Assembly (NCBI GenBank): GCA_963974145.1 | Contig: CAXBEC010000001.1 | Coordinates: 1-29,348 of the forward strand | Reading direction: 5' to 3' | DNA: 29,348 nt | Source: an uncultured Alphaproteobacteria bacterium | GTDB lineage: Bacteria > Pseudomonadota > Alphaproteobacteria > UBA8366 > GCA-2717185 | Shown here: positions 25,637-29,348 of the stretch, piece by piece | How positions within the stretch are numbered: position 1 is the stretch's first letter | Layout of the letters: the number at the start of each line of letters is the position of its first letter | The notes under the pieces: model-generated | What the model was told of the DNA's origin: nothing | Seen by the model: only the letters and a program-made list of their open reading frames with translations | The model's database searches: none | Position numbers and translations under genes: made by a program

Positions 25637-25771
25637 GTGAAACGTACCTATCAGCCCAGTCGTCTTGTCCGTAAGCGACGCCACGGGTTCCGGAGCCGGA
25701 TGGCGACAACCGGCGGTCGCACAGTCCTCGCGCGGCGCCGTGCGAGAGGCCGCAAGCGGCTTTCTGCCTGA
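25637..25771 (+). CDS. rpmH: 50S ribosomal protein L34 (absent from the ORF track because it is short)
   Basis: GTG start after GGAGAG; my translation is [44 protein letters not shown] (44 aa). Confidence 0.97.
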   Translation: MKRTYQPSRLVRKRRHGFRSRMATTGGRTVLARRRARGRKRLSA

Positions 25772-25795
25772 ACGCCAGCCGATTGATCGAAAAGC

Positions 25796-26149
25796 ATGCG
25801 CGCGCCGTACGACCGTTTGAAGCGGCGTGCGGATTTCGTGCGTGTCACTAGGGCGCGTCAGAGTACTGCCGCGCCCGGTCTTGTGCTGCAGATGCTTGCG
25901 CACCAGACAAGGGATAGCGCACCCAGGGTCGGGTTTACGGCGAGCCGCAAGGTTGGAAACGCCGTTCAGCGGAATCGGGCCAAGCGACGCTTGCGGGCGC
26001 TTGCGGAACAGGTTATTCCCCGCCATGCGCAGCGGGGCCATGATTACGTGATGATAGCAAGACACAACACGGCCGTCCGGCCATTCAACGAATTGATAAA
26101 GGACCTTGAATCCGCGCTGAAGCGGCTCAAGGTATGGCGGGATGGTTAG
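25796..26149 (+). CDS. rnpA: Ribonuclease P protein component
   Basis: [32 protein letters not shown] (RNR motif) and DYVMIAR motifs; position after rpmH. Confidence 0.95.
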   Translation: MRAPYDRLKRRADFVRVTRARQSTAAPGLVLQMLAHQTRDSAPRVGFTASRKVGNAVQRNRAKRRLRALAEQVIPRHAQRGHDYVMIARHNTAVRPFNELIKDLESALKRLKVWRDG

Positions 26150-26450
26150 ACCTACAGAAACGGCGCGGATTCCGGCCACTGCAAGCGTTGCGGCGCACGT
26201 ACTAAGAATCCTGATCCGTTTTTATCAGCTGGTCATATCGCCGTTTCTGCCGGCGCATTGCCGCTATTGGCCGACCTGCTCGAATTATGCAAAAACCGCG
26301 ATACACGACCATGGGGCACTGGCGGGCGGCTGGCTCGCCCTGCGGCGGGTCGGGCGCTGCCATCCATGGGGCGGCAGTGGTTATGACCCGGTTCCGGAGC
26401 GCCACGCGCCGGTCTCCTCCCGAAAAGGCGAATGGGAACAACACGTATGA
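26142..26450 (+). CDS. yidD: Membrane protein insertion efficiency factor
   Basis: YQLVISP...[11 protein letters not shown]...[24 protein letters not shown] motif. Confidence 0.95.
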   Translation: MVRPTETARIPATASVAAHVLRILIRFYQLVISPFLPAHCRYWPTCSNYAKTAIHDHGALAGGWLALRRVGRCHPWGGSGYDPVPERHAPVSSRKGEWEQHV

Positions 26451-28285
26451 GTGATCAAAAAAACGTTTTTGTAGCCATCGTCATTTCGATCATGATTCTG
26501 GTCGGCTGGAATTATTTTTACGAGGCGCCGCGACAGGAACAGCGGCAGCAGGCGCAACAAGCGCAGCAGGAACAGTTGCAACAGCAGCAGAACCAGGCGG
26601 CGCAGGTCGGGCAGCCTGGCGGGCTTGATGCGACCGCGCCGTCGCCGGATGGCGCGTCCGCGCCGATGATCCCGATTGGCCAGGACGCGACCCCGGGATC
26701 CACCGGTCCGGGCATCACGGCGCCGGACGCGGCGCAGAATCGTGAGGCGGCCTTGTCCAAGACCCCGCGGATCAGGGTCGACTCACCCCGGGTCCGGGGA
26801 TCCATTTCCCTGCAGGGCGCCCGGATCGACGACATTGTGCTGAAGGATTATCGCGAGACGCTGGACCCGGACAGCGCGAATATCGTCGTGCTGCAGCCGA
26901 CAAAGAGCGAAAGACCCTATTACGCGAGTTTCGGCTGGATCGGGCCAAAGGATGTCGCCGTGCCGTCATTCGATACGGTATGGCAGGCGAACGGGTCCGT
27001 GCTGACGGCGGAATCGCCTGTCACGCTGTCGTGGGATAACGGCGCCGGACTCCTGTTCGAGCAGACGTTCTCCATCGACGAAAATTACATGATCCAGACC
27101 GTCCAGCGCGTCCGGAATTCGACGGGAAGTCCGGTTACCTTCAAGCCATACGGGCTGATATCCCGGACGGGGACTCCCAAAATCGAGGGGTTCTTTATCC
27201 TGCATGAGGGGCTCATCGGTGTCCTGGACGAAATCCTGCAGGAAATCGATTACGATGAACTGCGCGACAATGGTCCGCAGCAGTTTGACGCAACGAACGG
27301 ATGGCTCGGGATTACCGACAAATACTGGCTGGTTGCGCTGGTTCCCGACAAGGACAGCCCGGTCAAGGTTCGATACATCGCTGATACAAAGGGCGCCCAG
27401 CCGCTTTACCAGACGGATTATGTCGCAGGGGAACAGACGGTCGCACCAGGTGGCGTTACGGAATCGTCCAGCCACCTGTTCGCGGGGGCAAAGGAAGTCC
27501 GTATCCTGGACAAGTATGAAGCCGAACTGGGCATTTATGACTTTGACAAGGCGGTTGATTTCGGCTGGCTCTACTACCTGACGAAGCCGATTTTCTATGC
27601 GATCGACTGGCTGTATACCTATCTGGGGAATTTCGGACTGGCGATCCTGGCGCTGACCGTTTTCGTGAAGCTGCTGTTCTTCCCGCTCGCCAACAAATCC
27701 TATGTCTCGATGAGCAAGATGAAGCTCCTGCAGCCGCGGCTGGTTGAACTGCGCGAGAAATACGGTGACGACCGGGCGAAACTGAACCAGGAAATGATGG
27801 CGCTGTACAAGAAGGAAGGGGCCAATCCGGCGGCGGGCTGCCTGCCGATTCTGGTCCAGATCCCGGTGTTCTTTGCCCTCTACAAGGTGCTGTTCGTCAA
27901 TATCGAGATGCGGCATGCGCCCTTCTTCGGCTGGATTCATGATCTTTCCGCCCCGGACCCGTCGGGAATCCTGGTCGGATTCGGTTTCTTCCCCTGGGAT
28001 GTTCCGGCCATTCTGACGCTCGCCAATATCGGCATCTGGCCGCTGATCATGGGCCTGACAATGTATCTGCAGCAGAAGCTGAACCCCGCGCCCGCCGATC
28101 CCGTGCAGGCCAAGGTGTTCATGTTCATGCCGCTGATCTTCATGTTCATGCTGGCCGGGTTTCCGGCTGGACTGGTCATCTACTGGGCCTGGAACAACAC
28201 CCTCTCGATCGCCCAGCAATACGTGATCATGCGTCGCCAGGGCGTCGCGATCGGCGGCGGTTCGACCAAGGGAAAGAGCAGCTGA
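26447..28285 (+). CDS. yidC: Membrane protein insertase YidC
   Basis: Start ATG 26447 (ATGA overlap with yidD); [50 protein letters not shown] and [12 protein letters not shown] motifs. Confidence 0.97.
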   Translation: MSDQKNVFVAIVISIMILVGWNYFYEAPRQEQRQQAQQAQQEQLQQQQNQAAQVGQPGGLDATAPSPDGASAPMIPIGQDATPGSTGPGITAPDAAQNREAALSKTPRIRVDSPRVRGSISLQGARIDDIVLKDYRETLDPDSANIVVLQPTKSERPYYASFGWIGPKDVAVPSFDTVWQANGSVLTAESPVTLSWDNGAGLLFEQTFSIDENYMIQTVQRVRNSTGSPVTFKPYGLISRTGTPKIEGFFILHEGLIGVLDEILQEIDYDELRDNGPQQFDATNGWLGITDKYWLVALVPDKDSPVKVRYIADTKGAQPLYQTDYVAGEQTVAPGGVTESSSHLFAGAKEVRILDKYEAELGIYDFDKAVDFGWLYYLTKPIFYAIDWLYTYLGNFGLAILALTVFVKLLFFPLANKSYVSMSKMKLLQPRLVELREKYGDDRAKLNQEMMALYKKEGANPAAGCLPILVQIPVFFALYKVLFVNIEMRHAPFFGWIHDLSAPDPSGILVGFGFFPWDVPAILTLANIGIWPLIMGLTMYLQQKLNPAPADPVQAKVFMFMPLIFMFMLAGFPAGLVIYWAWNNTLSIAQQYVIMRRQGVAIGGGSTKGKSS

Positions 28286-28932
28286 CCGACGAATTCACAG
28301 ACGCGGAACTCGAGGAAGGGCGACTCCTTTTTGCGCAGCAGTGCGACTTCGTCATGGGCGTGGCCAGCCTTGCGGGGCTGCCGCCCGACGGCCTGCCCGA
28401 AGTTGCTTTCGCCGGCCGCTCCAATGTCGGTAAATCCAGCCTCGTCAATGCGCTGACCGGCCGCAAGACGCTGGCACGGACAAGCAATTCGCCCGGCCGG
28501 ACCCAACAGATTAATTTTTTCAATCTCGGCGGCAGGCTCATGCTGGTCGATCTGCCGGGATACGGCTATGCGCGCGCCGCGAAAACGGATGTGTATGCGT
28601 GGACCAGCCTGGTTCGCGATTATTTGCGTGGCCGTGTCGGACTGCGCCGGATCTGCCTGCTGATCGACAGCCGCCATGGCCTGAAAGCGAATGACGCGGA
28701 AATCATGGATATGCTGGACAAGGCGGCGGTACCCTATCAGGTCGTGCTGACCAAAACGGATAAGGTAAAAGCAGGCGCATTATCAGCATGCATTGCGGAT
28801 ATCACCGGAAAACTGAAAAAGCGCGCGGCCGCTATCCCGGAAATTCTGGTGACCAGTTCGCGCACGGGAAACGGTGTTGCCGAAATGCGCACGGTTCTGT
28901 CGAAGGTAGCGGCGCCGAAACCTTTGCTATAA
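28282..28932 (+). CDS. engB: Ribosome biogenesis GTP-binding protein YihA/YsxC (EngB), probable CTG start
   Basis: G1 [12 protein letters not shown]2 PGRT, G3 DLPGYG and G4 TKTDK are present. The frame extends 24 codons upstream of ATG 28354 ([22 protein letters not shown]) to CTG 28282, which overlaps the yidC TGA. Confidence 0.92.
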   Translation: MTDEFTDAELEEGRLLFAQQCDFVMGVASLAGLPPDGLPEVAFAGRSNVGKSSLVNALTGRKTLARTSNSPGRTQQINFFNLGGRLMLVDLPGYGYARAAKTDVYAWTSLVRDYLRGRVGLRRICLLIDSRHGLKANDAEIMDMLDKAAVPYQVVLTKTDKVKAGALSACIADITGKLKKRAAAIPEILVTSSRTGNGVAEMRTVLSKVAAPKPLL

Positions 28933-28977
28933 AGTCCGCGACCGCAACAATATTGCCGATGACATCGGGACAGGAAC

Positions 28978-29348
28978 ATGGACGACAGCAGTAAAATTCA
29001 ACGCGAAGAATGGCTCGCAAAAGCAGACATCCTGACGGAGGCATTACCCTATATGCGGCAATATGCGGGCCAGACCATCGTTGTGAAATATGGTGGCCAT
29101 GCGATGGGGGATGCGGCGCTGTCCAGCGCCTTTGCGCGCGATGTCGTGCTGCTGAAGCAGGTTGGCCTGCATCCGGTTGTGGTGCACGGCGGCGGCCCGC
29201 AGATCGGCGCGATGCTGGAACGGCTGAAAATCAAAAGCGAATTCGTCGACGGTTTGCGGGTAACCGATGCGGCGACGGTTGAAATCGTTGAAATGGTCCT
29301 GTCCGGCAGCATCAACAAGGAAATCGTTGCGGCGATCGCCGGCGCCGG
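28978..29348 (+). CDS. argB: Acetylglutamate kinase, N-terminal part (runs off the window)
   Basis: My translation from ATG 28978: [43 protein letters not shown]...[10 protein letters not shown]...GLRVTD. Confidence 0.95.
   Translation, partial: MDDSSKIQREEWLAKADILTEALPYMRQYAGQTIVVKYGGHAMGDAALSSAFARDVVLLKQVGLHPVVVHGGGPQIGAMLERLKIKSEFVDGLRVTDAATVEIVEMVLSGSINKEIVAAIAGA

Noticed and set aside
25334-26179. 281-aa minus-strand ORF
   Set aside because: Overlaps rpmH, rnpA and their promoter on the opposite strand; low-complexity Arg/Pro/Ala translation.
26530-26600. Gln-rich repeat in the YidC N-terminal linker
   Set aside because: Ordinary low-complexity periplasmic linker; not a regular DNA repeat array.
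26966-28219. 417-aa minus-strand ORF
   Set aside because: Antisense shadow of yidC, expected from high-GC codon bias; no recognisable motifs.
1-29348. CRISPR arrays, IS elements, integrases, rRNA
   Set aside because: None seen: no regularly spaced repeats, transposase/recombinase motifs or terminal inverted repeats.

Overview
GC-rich alphaproteobacterial (Rhodospirillales-like) chromosomal segment in two parts. The accessory left part (1-16.7 kb) holds: the 3' end of a PEP-CTERM-system TPR gene (prsT-like); a PEP-CTERM surface protein preceded by a consensus sigma-54 promoter and two matching 17-bp enhancer boxes; two tandem uncharacterised genes that look like remote paralogues; a minus-strand operon of an XRE regulator, a six-subunit hydrogenase-4-like complex and an EamA transporter; and a lower-GC two-gene cassette (polytopic GT-C-like membrane protein plus sulfotransferase-like/coiled-coil protein) next to tRNA-Arg(ACG). 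The large subunit of the complex lacks all four NiFe-ligand cysteines (Ehr-type), and its hyfB gene is frameshifted near the 3' end. The right part is core genome: lipoprotein, DUF4864, gpt, panC, ggt, RlmI-like methyltransferase, orphan histidine kinase, TVP38/DedA, and rpmH-rnpA-yidD-yidC-engB-argB. engB appears to start at a CTG codon overlapping the yidC stop. All protein calls come from motif recognition by eye; no database searches were run.
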